Source: an uncultured delta proteobacterium (lineage in GTDB: Bacteria > Myxococcota_A > Polyangia > Fen-1088). From it: a stretch of 64,000 bases of DNA. The stretch covers positions 2,016,001-2,080,000 of the forward strand of contig CAVYGB010000008.1 in the NCBI GenBank assembly GCA_963767925.1, in the 5' to 3' direction. The position numbers were made by a program, and so were the translations under genes. Under the pieces are notes generated by a model that was not told the DNA's origin, searched no databases, and saw only the letters and a program-made list of their open reading frames with translations. Positions 21,952 through 36,332 of the stretch are shown here, piece after piece; the stretch's first letter is position 1, and each line of letters opens with the position of its first letter.

Positions 21952-22309
21952 TCAGCGCAGCACCAGGTTCGCAAGACCGCCCCAGACCACGTCGAAGCCC
22001 GCGAGGATGAACGAGGCGATCCCCACCGTCACCATGACCACCACGGTGGCCGCCGTGGTCTCCTTGCGGGTGGGCCAGGTAACCTTCTCCAGCTCGTGGG
22101 TGACGTCGTAGGCCGCGGTGAAGAACCGCTCGTTCTGGTAGGCCATCAACCCGAGGACGATCCGCCAGGACGACGGCCGCACCGTTGATGAGGAGCTCAT
22201 TCGGCTTGGCGAAGTAGCCCCAGACCCACTTGGCGGTCTCCGCGAGCAGGAACGCCAGAATCAGGCTTCCGATCGCGAACAGCAGATGTACGTATTTGTT
22301 CGGCCCCAT
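21952..22309 (-). CDS. secE: Preprotein translocase SecE (apparent +1 frameshift ~22162)
   Basis: ELEKVTWPTRKET followed by a TM segment; between tRNA-Trp and nusG. Confidence 0.93.
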
Positions 22310-22341
22310 GGCTGCCTAGCGGTTGATTCGTTCGGACGGTG

Positions 22342-22414
22342 CAGGGCAGGAGGGACTCGAACCCCCAACCCGCGGTTTTGGAGACCGCTGCTCTACCGTT
22401 AGAGCTACTGCCCT
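22342..22414 (-). tRNA. tRNA-Trp(CCA)
   Basis: Acceptor AGGGCAG/CTGCCCT, anticodon loop CT-CCA-AA, GGTTCGAGTCC T-arm. Confidence 0.97.
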
Positions 22415-22493
22415 ATTATAATGGGAACCCTGAGAGGGTTCCAGCGAGAAGCCGTCTCTCCAGCGCCGACGAGCCGCAACCTCGCGGACCGGC

Positions 22494-22681
22494 CGGAGCC
22501 GTCCCTCCTCCACGCGATGCCTGGGACTAGCCGATGGCCGGCGGAGCCGTCCCTCCTCCACGCGATGCCTGGGAACCCTGAGCCGATTCCCAAACCCTCC
22601 CGCGACGGACTCGGGCCGGCGGAGCCGTCCCTCCTCCACGCGATGCCTGGGAACCCTGAGCCGATTCCCAAACCCTCCCGC
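22494..22681. repeat. Intergenic direct repeat: two identical 68-bp units (22536-22603, 22614-22681) plus a 33-bp core copy (22494-22526)
   Basis: CGGAGCCGTCCCTCCTCCACGCGATGCCTGGGA occurs three times. Confidence 0.95.
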
Positions 22682-22726
22682 TGTGGACGCGGGCAAGCCG
22701 GGGGACCTGCCTTCGTCCTTGCGGTG

Positions 22727-22888
22727 TCACTTCGTTTCCTTGTGCCGGCGATGGCATCGGCATCGCTTGCAGAACTTCGACAGCTCGAGCTTTTCGGCGT
22801 TGGCCCTCTTGTTCTTCGTGGTGGTGTAGTTGCGTTCTCGGCACTCCTGGCATTCCAGGGTGATGATGACTCTTGCAGCAGCGGCCAC
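22727..22888 (-). CDS. rpmG: 50S ribosomal protein L33, zinc type (not in ORF track)
   Basis: Manual translation: [60 protein letters not shown]. Confidence 0.96.
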   Translation of the reverse strand: MAAAARVIITLECQECRERNYTTTKNKRANAEKLELSKFCKRCRCHRRHKETK

Positions 22889-22910
22889 GGCGATGCTCCT
22901 TCAGGACCCG

Positions 22911-24109
<1,199 letters not shown>

Positions 24110-24175
24110 CTCAAGTTCTCCCGAAGAGCGCGTTGTCCATCAAAAGGGCTGAAGTGTGACCGATTTTGGGCTTCG

Positions 24176-24248
24176 AGCCCACGACCAGAATTGAACTGGT
24201 GACCTCGTCCTTACCAAGGACGTGCTCTGCCAACTGAGCTACGTGGGC
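24176..24248 (-). tRNA. tRNA-Thr(GGT)
   Basis: GCCCACG acceptor, TT-GGT-AA loop, GTTCAATTC T-arm. Confidence 0.96.
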
Positions 24249-24314
24249 GCGTATCATTTAGTAAGAGCAGCGGGCGGCTCTGGTTGTTCGGGTGTGATCG
24301 GGGGGCAGTGACGG

Positions 24315-24387
<73 letters not shown>

Positions 24388-24415
24388 ACGGGCTGCGCCC
24401 GTGGGCGCGTTTTCG

Positions 24416-24497
24416 TGGAGGGGGAAGGATTCGAACCTTCGAAGCCAGTGGCGCCAGATTTACAGTCTGGTCCCTTTGACCGCTCGGGAACCCCTCC
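24416..24497 (-). tRNA. tRNA-Tyr(GTA)
   Basis: GGAGGGG acceptor, CT-GTA-AA loop, long variable arm. Confidence 0.96.
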
Positions 24498-24622
24498 GTA
24501 GAAGTACGCGCAGAGCAGGTAAATTTCCCGAAACCGTTTGACCGGCCCAGGACCCTGGCTCGAGCGTTTAGGCCGTCTTTCGTCTCCCGATCGCTTATCC
24601 TCCTTGATGAATGCTCCGCAGG

Positions 24623-24694
24623 AGCTGGCGATGGGAGTCGAACCCGCAACCTGCTGATTACAAATCAGCTGCTCTACCATTGAGCTACGCCAGC
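24623..24694 (-). tRNA. tRNA-Thr(TGT)
   Basis: GCTGGCG acceptor, TT-TGT-AA loop. Confidence 0.96.
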
Positions 24695-24901
24695 GCCGTT
24701 GTCGTCTGCTCTCCTACCGTTCTCCAGATGTCTGTGTGATCTCGCCCAGTTAGCCTCGTTCCCGGCGTGGACAGAGTACTCCTGTCGACGGGGAGCGCGA
24801 ACGTATAGTTCGGGAAAGGCGACGTGTCAAGCAAATTGCAGGCGAGACTTCGGAAAAGCCCCCTAGCGCGCGGTTTGCGCCGCGCCGGGCCAGCCGCGAA
24901 G

Positions 24902-26169
24902 CTAGAGTATCTGTCGGTCGACCTGCGGTGTGGTGGGAGCTTCCTGGCGAGCGCCCGGGTTCTGCCGCGGGGGAGCGGTCGGCTGGGGCGGGCCGCCGGT
25001 ACCTTCGGCGGGTTCGCCGGCGCCCGGAACGAACAGGTCCCTCGCGGCGGGATCCAGCAGCTTGAGAAGCTTGGCGTAGGCGAGCTTCGTCTTCTCGGCC
25101 CAGTCGGTCTGGACACCCAGGCGCTCGACCATGAGGAGGTTCTCGCGGTACCAGCGCATCGACTTCTCGAGGAGGATCCGGATCTTCTTGCGCAGCTCCT
25201 CGACGTAGACCTCGCGCGCCTCCGGGTCGAGGCTCGGTGGGCACCGGGGCGCCCACGAACGCCTGGTACAGCTCCTCGTAGAGCGAGCCCACCTGGAAGC
25301 CGGCCGCCGAGGCCCAGCCCGGGTTGCCGTATTTGATGGTGTCGATGTAGGCGCGCTGGGCCTTGAGCAGCAGGCCCGCTTTCTCCTCGAGGTCGCGGTC
25401 CATCTGCGATTCCGGCAGTCGGATCGGGCTGCGGCGGAAGCGCTCGTGGACGATCTGACCGAGGTGGTACTGCGAGAACGCCAGGAAGAAGTCGGTGGCC
25501 AGCCGCTCCTGGGTCTGGATCTGCTCACGGAAGGCCAGGACCGACCGGAAGGTGCGTTCGGCCTGGTCCAGATCGTTCAGACGGAACTGGCCGAACCCCC
25601 GGCGGGCGATGGCCTCGATCCGGTCGTCCGCGTTGAGGTCCTTCCGGTCGAGCAGCCGGACGAAGACCTCGATCGAGGCGGGCCAGTTCTCGAGCTCGGC
25701 GAAGCAGGCCCCGAGCTGGAACAGGGCGTCCTTGGCGTCGGTGTGGTCGCGGTGCTTTTCGGCCAGCTCCCGGAACGAATCGATGGCCGAGCTGCCAGTC
25801 CTTCTTCTCGGTCTGGGCCAGCCCCCGGTTGTAGAGGGCCGAGCGCGCGTAGTGCGAGCCCGGGAACTTGCCGAGCAGCTTGTCGTAGAAACGAATGGCG
25901 TCGTCCTGGCGACCCGCCGAGAGGGCCGCCCCACCCTGCTCGAACAGCTCCTCGGCGTCGAAGCTCTCGATGGTCAGGCCGTCGGCCCCCTGGCTGGCCT
26001 CGATCGACATGGGCTCCATTTCGTAGTGGACCACCGCCGGCGCGATCGGCGCCGGAGGGCCCTGGGATCGGCTGGTGGCACAGGCGCCCAGGAGGGCCAC
26101 CGGCACGACCCAGCGCAGCGAAAGGTGTCGGCCAGGGCCCGGGGTCGCGCGGCTTTTCTCGATATTCAT
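24902..26169 (-). CDS. TPR-repeat lipoprotein (BamD/CpoB-like repeats), two apparent +1 frameshifts (~25789, ~25231)
   Basis: Lipobox LLGA-C; KFPGSHYARSALYNRG and DALFQLGACF TPR helices across three frames. Confidence 0.75.
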
Positions 26170-26270
26170 CTGGATGCCACCATCGAAGACAACTCGGAGC
26201 CTAGCCGGGTTCCGCCGGCGTGCTCGACGCCACTTGCGATGCGCGTCGGACGGGCGCAAAACGGAGAGCC

Positions 26271-26799
26271 ATGGAGTCACCGGCGACCCTGCGACCGCTC
26301 ATCCCTGCCGAACGAATCGCGGAGCGGGTGGCGGCGCTCGGGCAGGAGGTCGCCGCGGCCTTGCCCCTGGGCGACCTGATCGTGGTGGGCGTGCTGCGCG
26401 GCGCCTTCATCTTCATGGCCGACCTGGTGCGTGCCCTGCCCCGCGAGCACCGCTGCGAGTTCCTGGCGGTGCGCAGCTACGGCGACGCCACCGAGACCTC
26501 GGGGGTCGTCGAGATCACCGGGGATCTGTCGCTCACCCATCGAAGGCAAGCACGTGCTGCTGGTGGAGGACATCGTCGACACCGGCCTGACCCTGAAGTA
26601 TCTGATCGGCCTGCTCAAGGCCCGCAAGCCGGCCGGCCTGCACGTCTGCGCCCTGCTCTCCAAGCCGTCGCGCCGGCGCGTCGAGGTCCCTGTCGATTTC
26701 CTGGGCTTCGAGATCCCCGACGTCTTCGTGGTCGGGTACGGGCTGGACGCCGGCCAGCGCTTCCGCCACCTGCCCTATCTGGCCGAGCTGACCACCTGA
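26271..26799 (+). CDS. hpt: Hypoxanthine phosphoribosyltransferase (apparent +1 frameshift ~26539)
   Basis: [31 protein letters not shown] motif, FVVGYGLD. Confidence 0.93.
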
Positions 26800-26815
26800 G
26801 CCGCGGGCCGGCCCC

Positions 26816-27860
26816 TCAGCGCTTGCGGGCCAGCTTCTGCTTCACGCTCTGGTAGCGCTTGAGGAACTCGGCGTGTTGCATGCGGAAGTGTCCCAGGTAG
26901 CGCCGCTCCCGGGACTTGCGACGGAGCGCCTCGCGCGCCTCGAGCACGGAGGTTATCAGCTGTTCCACGTCGGAGAACAGCGGCACCAGGGTCACCATCT
27001 TGCTGCTCTCGACCATCTTGATCTCGCCGGGGCCGCGCTCGCCGGGCGGACGGAAGGCGATCGCAACCAGGTCCGGCGAGGAGGCCTTCACCGACTTGAC
27101 CAGCATCGTCACGGGAAAGTCGGGGAGCGGGTCTTTCGTCACCAGCACGTGGGGCGGTCGCTGGGTGGCAGCGTCGAGCGCCTCCCCTCCGGTCTGGACC
27201 ACCCGCACGCGCCAGCCGCTCTCCGGGTTGAGCTCGCGGGCGAGCCGCAGGGGGATGGTATCGCCGTCGTCGATGCAGAGCAGGTCGAAGACGGCCGGCA
27301 CCGAGGTGGTGGAGACCTCGCCGTCGCCGCGCAGGAGCTTGTCCTCCAGGTCCATGACGTGGCGGGACAGATCCATCATCTCCTTGAGGAAGCTCTCGTG
27401 GATCTCGGCCACGTCCTCGAAGAGCTTGTCCCGGTTGATTGTCGCCCGCACCGTCTGCGCCGCGGCCAGCACCCGCTCGCGCAGATACGGGATCGAGTCG
27501 TTGCTCTTGGGGACCACATCCGTGGCGCCGGCGCGAAAGGCGCTGGCCACCGCCTCGAAGCTCCGCCGGGAGGTCATCACGATGACCGAGGTCAAGGGGG
27601 CGTGTTGCTGGGTGAAGCGCAGGAGCTCGAGTCCCGCCCAGCGGTCGCGGCGTATCGAGGTCGACGAGCACCACCGCATAGAAGCGATGGGCGAGCTGAT
27701 CGCGAGCCCGCTCGGGGTCGGTCAGCGCCGTCACGCTGAGGCCGGTCTCGCGCATCAGCCGCTCGAGGCCATGCAACACAGCCTCGTTGCCATCCATGAT
27801 GAGGATGTCTTCGACCGCCGCCTCTGCTGTCTTTTGCGCCTGGGGCTGTCCCACTGCCAT
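26816..27860 (-). CDS. Tandem receiver-domain protein (apparent +1 frameshift ~27633)
   Basis: REC1 ILIMD...VVLVDLD...GATDVVPK; helical linker; REC2 LLCIDD...GGEALD. Confidence 0.8.
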
Positions 27861-27947
27861 CCCGCCGCCCTCTGAAAGGCTAGGCTCCCCGGACGCAAAG
27901 GTCAAAACTCAAGCCGCCGACCTTTGAGGCCGAGTACCAGGGCTGAC

Positions 27948-29133
27948 ATGCACGCTGCGCTGGACCGCGTTCTGCAGGCCGCCCGGCACCTGGGAGCGTC
28001 GGACGTTCACCTCAAGGCCGGCCTGCCGCCCATCTTCCGGATCAAGGGCGACCTGCGCACGGTGCGAGACGTACCTCCGCTGTCGCGAGAGGTGGTCAGC
28101 GAGTTCGCCTTCTCGATGATGTCTGACCGCCTGCGGGACAGCTACGAGAGGACCTGGGACGTCGACCTGGCCTACTCCACCCAGGACGGCGCCCGCTACC
28201 GGGTCAACGTCTTCCAGCAGCGGGGCAACGTCGGCATGGTGATGCGGCTCATCCCGCCCGACGTGCCCCCCTTCGAGAAGCTGAACCTGCCCCAGCGGGT
28301 CCTGCAGCTCGCCGACGAGGAGCGCGGGCTGATCCTCGTCACCGGGATCACGGGATCGGGCAAGTCGACGACCCTGGCGGCCATGGTCGACTACATCAAC
28401 GCCAGCCGGGCGGCCCACATCGTCACCATCGAGGACCCCGTCGAATACGCCTTCCGCGATCGCAAGAGCGTCATCAATCAGCGGGAGGTGGGTTTCGACA
28501 CCACCTCCTTCTCGCAAGGCGCTGCGGGCGGCGCTGCGGCAGGATCCCGACGTCGTGCTGGTGGGTGAGATGCGCGACCTCGAGACGACCGACATCGGCA
28601 TGACGGCGGCCGAGACGGGGCACCTCGTGCTCTCGACCCTGCACACGGTCGACGCGGCCGAGACCATCAATCGGGTCATCTCACTGTACCCTCCCCACCA
28701 GCAGATGCAGGCCCGCCTGCAGCTCATCACCGTCCTCCGGGGCGTCATCTCCCAGCGCCTGCTGGCCCGGGCCGACGGGACGGGCATGGTGCCGGCCATC
28801 GAGATCCTGATCGCCACCGCCCGGGTCAAGGAGCTCATCGCCGATCCCAAGCGCACCCGGGAGATCCACGACGCCATCGCCAGCGGCCGCGATCCCTACG
28901 GCATGATCAGCTTCGACCAGAGCCTCACCGAGCTGGTGCTCAAGAAGATGGTGACCTACGCGGAGGCCTCGGCCGCCGCCACCAACCCGGCGGACTTCGC
29001 CCTCCACTTCCGGGGCGTCAGCAAGGGCGGCTCGATGACCGACATGGGTCCCCCCCTGCAGGCCGCCCCTCCGGCGACGGCCCCTCAGGCCGGCGGGCAG
29101 CCCCCGATGCAGATCGATCGCTTCAAGGAATAG
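27948..29133 (+). CDS. pilT: PilT/PilU-family type IV pilus retraction ATPase (apparent +1 frameshift ~28516)
   Basis: [48 protein letters not shown]. Confidence 0.92.
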
Positions 29134-29262
29134 GCCCCGTCGAGCCGAGCCCCGCCGAGCCGGGGCGGGGCGGCGCCGAGCCGAGCCCGACGAGACAGCG
29201 GACGCCCGGGTGGGCCGTCGGTCGACATTTCCTCCGAGAAGTCATATTCTTGGAGGTTTCCG

Positions 29263-31950
29263 ATGTCGTCCAAGTTCCAGACCTCCCATCAAGTTCGGCG
29301 GACCTTCCTCGAGTTTTTTGCGGCGCGGGGCCACCAGCCCGTGGCCAGCGCGTCGCTGGTCCCCAGCAACGACCCCACCCTGCTGTTCACCAACGCCGGG
29401 ATGAACCAGTTCAAGGACGTGTTCACCGGCAAGGCCCAGCGGGCCTACACCCGGGCCACCAGCTCGCAGAAGTGCGTGCGGGCCGGGGGCAAACACAACG
29501 ACCTCGACAACGTGGGTCGGACCGCCCGCCACCACACCTTCTTCGAGATGCTCGGCAACTTCTCCTTCGGGGACTACTTCAAGGACGAGGCCATCACCTT
29601 CGCCTACGAGCTGCTCACCAAGGAGTACGCCCTCGACGCCCGGCGGCTGGTCTACACGGTCCACGAGACCGACGACGAGGCGCGGGCCATCTGGCGCAAG
29701 GTGGCCGGTGTGCCCGACACCCTGATCGTCGGGCTGGGGGACAAGGACAACTTCTGGGCCATGGGCGACACCGGCCCCTGCGGCCCCTGCAGCGAGATCC
29801 ACTTTCACCAGGGAGACGACATCCCCTGCGCCGAGGTGACGGCGGGCCGGCCGTGCCTCGGTCCGGCCTGCGACTGCGACCGCTGGATCGAGATCTGGAA
29901 CCTCGTCTTCATGCAATACGAGCAGTTCGCCGACAAGACCCGGCGGCCGCTGCCCAAGCCCTCGGTCGACACCGGCATGGGGCTCGAGCGCCTGTGCGCC
30001 GTCCTGGGCGGGTTCCGATCCAACTACGAGATCGACTTCCTGCGGCCCCTGATCGACGAGGTGTCCCGGCTGGCCGGCAAGGAGTTCGTCCCGACCGACT
30101 ATTCGACCGGGTCGTCCTCGGTGTCGATGCGGGCCATCGCCGACCACGCGCGGGCGGCGGCCTTCCTCATCGGCGACGGGGTGTTTCCCGACAAGACCGG
30201 CCGGGAATACGTCCTGCGGCGGATCATGCGGCGGGCGATTTACCACGGCTGGCTGCTCGGGATCCGCAAGCCCTTCCTGGCCGACATCTCCGAGCGGGTG
30301 ATCGGCGAGATGGGCGCCGTCTACCCCGAGCTCGTCGAGCGCAAGGGGGTCATCGGGGAGGTGATCAGCCAGGAGGAGCGGCGCTTCCGCGACACCCTGG
30401 AGCGAGGCGTGAAGCTGTTCGAGGAGGAGGCCGGTCGCCTGCGCGATCCGGTGGTCCCCGGCGAGCTCGCCTTCAAGCTGTACGACACCTACGGCTTCCC
30501 CCTCGACCTCACCCGGGTGGTGGCCGAGGGCCGGGGCCTGCGGGTCGACGAGGCCGGCTTCGAGGCCAAGATGGACGAGCAGCGGCGGCGGGCCGAGTTC
30601 GCCGGCTCGGGCGAGGCGGCGGTCGAGGGGGTGTACCAGAGCATCCTCGAGCGGGTCGGGGCCAGCACCTTCCTCGGTTACGAGAGCACCGAGGTGGAGA
30701 GCGAGATCGTGGCCCTCATCGCCGAGGGGGCCTCGGTGCCGGCGGTGAGCGCGGCGGGGGGCCCGCTGAGCAACCTGGGCGTCATCGTGCAGAAGACGCC
30801 GTTTTACGGGGAGCAAGGCGGCCAGATCGGCGACACCGGCCGGCTGATCGGCCCCGGCGGGCAGCTCGAGATCTCCGATACCCGGCGACCGCTGGCGTCC
30901 CTCTACGTCCACCTCGGGCGCCTGGAGTCTGGCGAGCTGAAGGTGGGGGACAAGGTCAAGCTGGTCGTCGACGTCGAGCGGCGGGACGCGATCCGCCGCA
31001 ACCACTCGGCCACCCACCTGCTGCACTGGTCGCTGCGGCACGTCCTCGGCGAACACGTGGCCCAGAAGGGCTCGCTGGTGGCGCCCGACCGGCTCCGCTT
31101 CGACTTCTCCCACTTCCAGCCCCTGACCGGGGCCGAGCGTCAGAAGATCGAGGACCTGGTCAACGCCCGGGTGCTGCAGAACGTGGCCACCCAGACCGAG
31201 GTGCTGCCCATCGCCGAGGCCAAGAGCCGGGGGGCCATCGCGTTCTTCGGCGAGAAATACGGGGACAACGTCCGCGTGCTGAGCATGGGGGACTCGATCG
31301 AGTTCTGCGGCGGCACCCACGTCTCGCGCACGGGGGACATCGGCCTGTTCAAGATCACCGAGGAGGCCGGCATCGCCCAGGGGGTGCGCCGGATCGAGGC
31401 GGTGACGGGGAGCGGGGCCATCGCCTACGTTCGCCGGCTGGAGCACGAGCTGGGCGCCGCGGGCGAGCGGCTGCGCAGCGGGCCCTTCGAGGTGGTGCCC
31501 CGGATCGAACGGCTGCAGCAGGAGCTGCGCGAACGTGACCGCGAGCTGGAGAAGCTGCGGGCCAAGCTGGCTTCGGGCGGGGGCCGCGACCTGTCGGCGG
31601 AGGCGGTGAAGATCGGCGATCGCTGGCTGCTGGTGGGCGACGTGGGCGTGGGCGACCCGAAGACCCTGCGCGAGACGGTGGACGGCCTGCGCGAGCGGCT
31701 CAAGCCGGGCGTGATCCTGCTGGCCGGGGCCGAGGGGGACAAGCTGGCGGTGGTCTGCGCGGTCACTGGCGACGCCGGCCCGGGGCTACACGCGGGCAAG
31801 CTGCTGGGCTCGCTGCTCGACGGTATCGGGGGCAAGGGCGGCGGCCGGCCCGACCTGGGCCAGGGCGGCGGTCCCCGACCGGCGGATGTGCCGGCCGTGC
31901 TGGCGGCGTGGCGCGAGAAGATCCGCGGGCTCCTCTCGTCGCAGGGGTGA
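29263..31950 (+). CDS. alaS: Alanine--tRNA ligase
   Basis: LLFTNAGMNQFK, HHTFFEMLGNFSFGDYFK, HSATHLL, FCGGTH, GGKGGG. Confidence 0.99.
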   Translation: MSSKFQTSHQVRRTFLEFFAARGHQPVASASLVPSNDPTLLFTNAGMNQFKDVFTGKAQRAYTRATSSQKCVRAGGKHNDLDNVGRTARHHTFFEMLGNFSFGDYFKDEAITFAYELLTKEYALDARRLVYTVHETDDEARAIWRKVAGVPDTLIVGLGDKDNFWAMGDTGPCGPCSEIHFHQGDDIPCAEVTAGRPCLGPACDCDRWIEIWNLVFMQYEQFADKTRRPLPKPSVDTGMGLERLCAVLGGFRSNYEIDFLRPLIDEVSRLAGKEFVPTDYSTGSSSVSMRAIADHARAAAFLIGDGVFPDKTGREYVLRRIMRRAIYHGWLLGIRKPFLADISERVIGEMGAVYPELVERKGVIGEVISQEERRFRDTLERGVKLFEEEAGRLRDPVVPGELAFKLYDTYGFPLDLTRVVAEGRGLRVDEAGFEAKMDEQRRRAEFAGSGEAAVEGVYQSILERVGASTFLGYESTEVESEIVALIAEGASVPAVSAAGGPLSNLGVIVQKTPFYGEQGGQIGDTGRLIGPGGQLEISDTRRPLASLYVHLGRLESGELKVGDKVKLVVDVERRDAIRRNHSATHLLHWSLRHVLGEHVAQKGSLVAPDRLRFDFSHFQPLTGAERQKIEDLVNARVLQNVATQTEVLPIAEAKSRGAIAFFGEKYGDNVRVLSMGDSIEFCGGTHVSRTGDIGLFKITEEAGIAQGVRRIEAVTGSGAIAYVRRLEHELGAAGERLRSGPFEVVPRIERLQQELRERDRELEKLRAKLASGGGRDLSAEAVKIGDRWLLVGDVGVGDPKTLRETVDGLRERLKPGVILLAGAEGDKLAVVCAVTGDAGPGLHAGKLLGSLLDGIGGKGGGRPDLGQGGGPRPADVPAVLAAWREKIRGLLSSQG

Positions 31951-31953
31951 TCG

Positions 31954-32829
31954 GTGGGGGGGCGGGAAAGCAACGGAGCCTTGACCCCGGCGGAGGCGCC
32001 GGGGATCGGGGCCGCGCTCAAGGCGGTGTTCGACGCCATCCGGGCCCCGATGCCGGTCGAGCCCGAGCGGCAGCCCGATGGCGGGTACGATCAGGACTTC
32101 ATGGAGCGGGCCGATCCGCTGCTCGAGTTCCTGTGGTCGAAATATTTCCGGGTCAGCTTGATCGGCATGGAACACGTCCCCTCCGACGGGGCGGCGCTCG
32201 TGGTGGCCAACCACTCGGGCGGGCTGCCCTACGACGGGGCGATGTTGATCCACGCCTTTTACCGCCTGCACCCGCAGCACCGGCCGCTGCGCCCGCTGGT
32301 GGCGAACTTCGCCTTTCGCTCGCGCTGGATGGCGCCCGTGATCTCGCGCATCGGCGGGGTGCGCGCGTCGATGGAGAACGCGCTCGAGCTGCTGCTGTCG
32401 GGCCACCTGGTGGGGGTCTTCCCCGAGGGGCTGCGGGGGGTCGGCAAACTTTACCGGGAGCGCTACCGGCTGAGCCACTTCGGGCGGGGTGGCTTCGTGC
32501 GCCTGGCCCGGGAGGCCAAGGTCCCCATCATCCCGGTCGCGATCGTGGGGGCCGAGGAGATCCATCCCTTGCTGGGTCGCATGACCCGCCTTGCCAAGCC
32601 GTTCGGCCTGCCCTACATCCCCATAACACCCACCTTCCCCTTGCTTGGCCCACTGGGCCTGCTACCGGTGCCCACGAAGTGGAGCATCAAGATCGGTGCG
32701 CCCATCCAGGTGCCGGCCAGCGAGGACTCCGGGCAGGACACCCTGGAGGTCGCGGAAACGGTGCGGCGTCGGGTGGACCAGATGATTGCCGACCTGCTCA
32801 TACAGCGTCGCTCGATAATCTTTGGATGA
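31954..32829 (+). CDS. Lysophospholipid acyltransferase (PlsC-like)
   Basis: VANHSGGLPYD, VFPEG, PIIPVAIVG. Confidence 0.88.
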   Translation: MGGRESNGALTPAEAPGIGAALKAVFDAIRAPMPVEPERQPDGGYDQDFMERADPLLEFLWSKYFRVSLIGMEHVPSDGAALVVANHSGGLPYDGAMLIHAFYRLHPQHRPLRPLVANFAFRSRWMAPVISRIGGVRASMENALELLLSGHLVGVFPEGLRGVGKLYRERYRLSHFGRGGFVRLAREAKVPIIPVAIVGAEEIHPLLGRMTRLAKPFGLPYIPITPTFPLLGPLGLLPVPTKWSIKIGAPIQVPASEDSGQDTLEVAETVRRRVDQMIADLLIQRRSIIFG

Positions 32830-32934
32830 GAAAGCGCCGATGTCGTGTCCAAGGGAAACCGGCGTCGTGGGACGGCCGCATGCGCGGGGGCATATCGTGA
32901 ACCATCCGTCCGAATTTTCACGGGTTAGCGTCCG

Positions 32935-34502
<1,568 letters not shown>

Positions 34503-34506
<4 letters not shown>

Positions 34507-36140
34507 GGCAGCGGCCGGGCCAGCAGGGCCTGCGCCTCGGGGGAGATCCAGGCGCACGGGGGGATCGACGCGGGGGCTGCCTCGAGCGGGCGGGGGGGGA
34601 GCGGGCGGCGCCAGGTCTCCACTTCCGGGGGAGCGCCGAGGACGCTCGCGCCGGGGAGCTCGGACCAGAGGGCGGCGGGGATCTCGAGCTGATAGCGGGC
34701 GTGTTGCACCTCAAAGAAGGCGAAGAGGTAGCCGCAGGCGGCCGGGGTCCGATCCCGGAGGCGGCGGGCGAAGGCGAACCAGGTCTCGCCTCCGCGGCCG
34801 TGGTAGCCGGGCGGACGGGCGGCGGCGAGCTGGGTCCGGAAGCGAGCGTGGGCGACGAGCGCCAGGGTGAGCTGGGCCGCCAGCAGGCCGCCGACGAGCA
34901 CCAGGGCGGGACTCCGGGAGGCCGTCCAGCGTGACGCCCAGCGGGACCGGCGAGCGGGTCTGGGGTCGGGTGCGGGTGCGGCCCGCGCGGGCTGCCCTTC
35001 CAGGCCGGTGCCCAGGGCGGCGGCGAGGGCCAGGACGGCCAGCAGGGGTACGAAGTCGTAGCGCTTGTACTTGTCGACCGGCAGGTCCACGTAGAGCGCC
35101 GCGCTCAGCAGCAAGGCGGCGGCGGTGGCGATCACCAGGTGCCCGCGCCAGGAGCCGCGGCGCGAGGCCCGTCGGAAGCTGACCACCGCGCCAGCGAGGG
35201 CGGCGGTCAGGACACCGGCGCCGACCAGGAGCAGCGTGTCCCCCCGCGGCGTCCCGGCCCGCCCCCACGGCCCGAGGACCTGGGACAGACCGGTGGCGAC
35301 GTGGCGCAGGACCGTGCGCCAGGCGCGCGCCAGCTCGGCCCACCCCTGCCACCCCCGGGGAAAGTAGCTCGGCTCTGGGCGGGCGAACAGCGGCCCGAAA
35401 ACCGCCCGGAAGGACAGCCCGTCGCTGCTGGCGAAGAAGAGCAGCGCCCACCCCACCCGCGCCCCGAGGAACGCCAGGACCAGAATCCCCGCCTCGGCCG
35501 CCCGCCGGCGGAAGGAGCGCCCCGGACCACCGAGGCAGGCGCAGGCATAAAGCGGCGGAAACAGGTACACGGCCGCCTGCCAGGAGACGAGGCTGCCGGC
35601 GCCGACAAGGAGCCCTGCCAGCAGGGAGTCGCGCGTCCGCCAGGCCTCGATCCGGGCCAGGGCCAGGAGGATCGCGCCCGCCGCCACCGGGAGGAAGAGG
35701 ACGTTGTCCTCCCAGGTCGCCACCAGCCGGATCACCCCCCAGGCGGCGACCCAGAGCAGGGTGAGAAGGAACCCCAGCGCCCGGCTCCCGCTCAGCCGTC
35801 GCGCCGCTTCGGCCACCAGCGCCGCCGCCCCGGCCAGCGCGATCGCCCCCAGCGCCCGGAAGCCATCCAGCACCGAGCCCCCCAGCCCTCGGGCCACCGC
35901 CGCCCCCATCAGGTAGATCGACCCCAGCCCGAAATGCGAGCTCCAGGGCTCAGCCGACCACCCTCGCCGGCCGCTGGCGATCTCCGCCGCATACGCCGCC
36001 GCGTCCCAGTTGATTCCCATCGACCCCGCCGGCCCCGTCGCCACCCACCCCAGCACCAGCCCGACCGCCGCCGCCCCCGCCCGGAGCGCCCAATCCCGCC
36101 GGGCCAATCGCCCCTCGACTGCCGGTTGACCCCAGTCCAA
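34503..36140 (-). CDS. Multi-pass membrane protein (possibly GT-C glycosyltransferase-like)
   Basis: Many hydrophobic segments; NWD and WED motifs in loops; start uncertain. Confidence 0.6.
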
Positions 36141-36164
36141 GCCAGCGCTAGTTTAGGACTTCTC

Positions 36165-36236
36165 GGGCGTTTAACTCAGCGGAAGAGTGCCACCTTCACA
36201 CGGTGGAAGTCGCAGGTTCAATCCCTGCAACGCCCA
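36165..36236 (+). tRNA. tRNA-Val(CAC), probable prophage attachment locus
   Basis: GGGCGTT/AACGCCC acceptor, CCACC-TTCACAC-GGTGG anticodon arm, GGTTCAATCC. Confidence 0.96.
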
Positions 36237-36304
36237 CAGAAATCAGCGGGTTCGCGGACTGAAGCGCATCACGGCGCCTCAAGACGACCCAGCTCGCGCC
36301 GCTG

Positions 36305-36332
36305 AAAGGGTGATCCAAAGGGTGATCACCCT
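36305..36332. repeat. AAAGGGTGATC direct repeat x2 with overlapping 14-bp palindrome; candidate integrase arm sites
   Basis: Copies at 36305-36315 and 36317-36327; AGGGTGATCACCCT at 36319-36332. Confidence 0.6.

Noticed and set aside
21404..22309. Apparent SecE-NusG fusion
   Set aside because: Explained by a +1 error in secE; the conserved SecE motif is in another frame ending at 21952
22494..22681. CRISPR array
   Set aside because: Only three copies, the inter-core sequence is itself duplicated, and there are no cas genes
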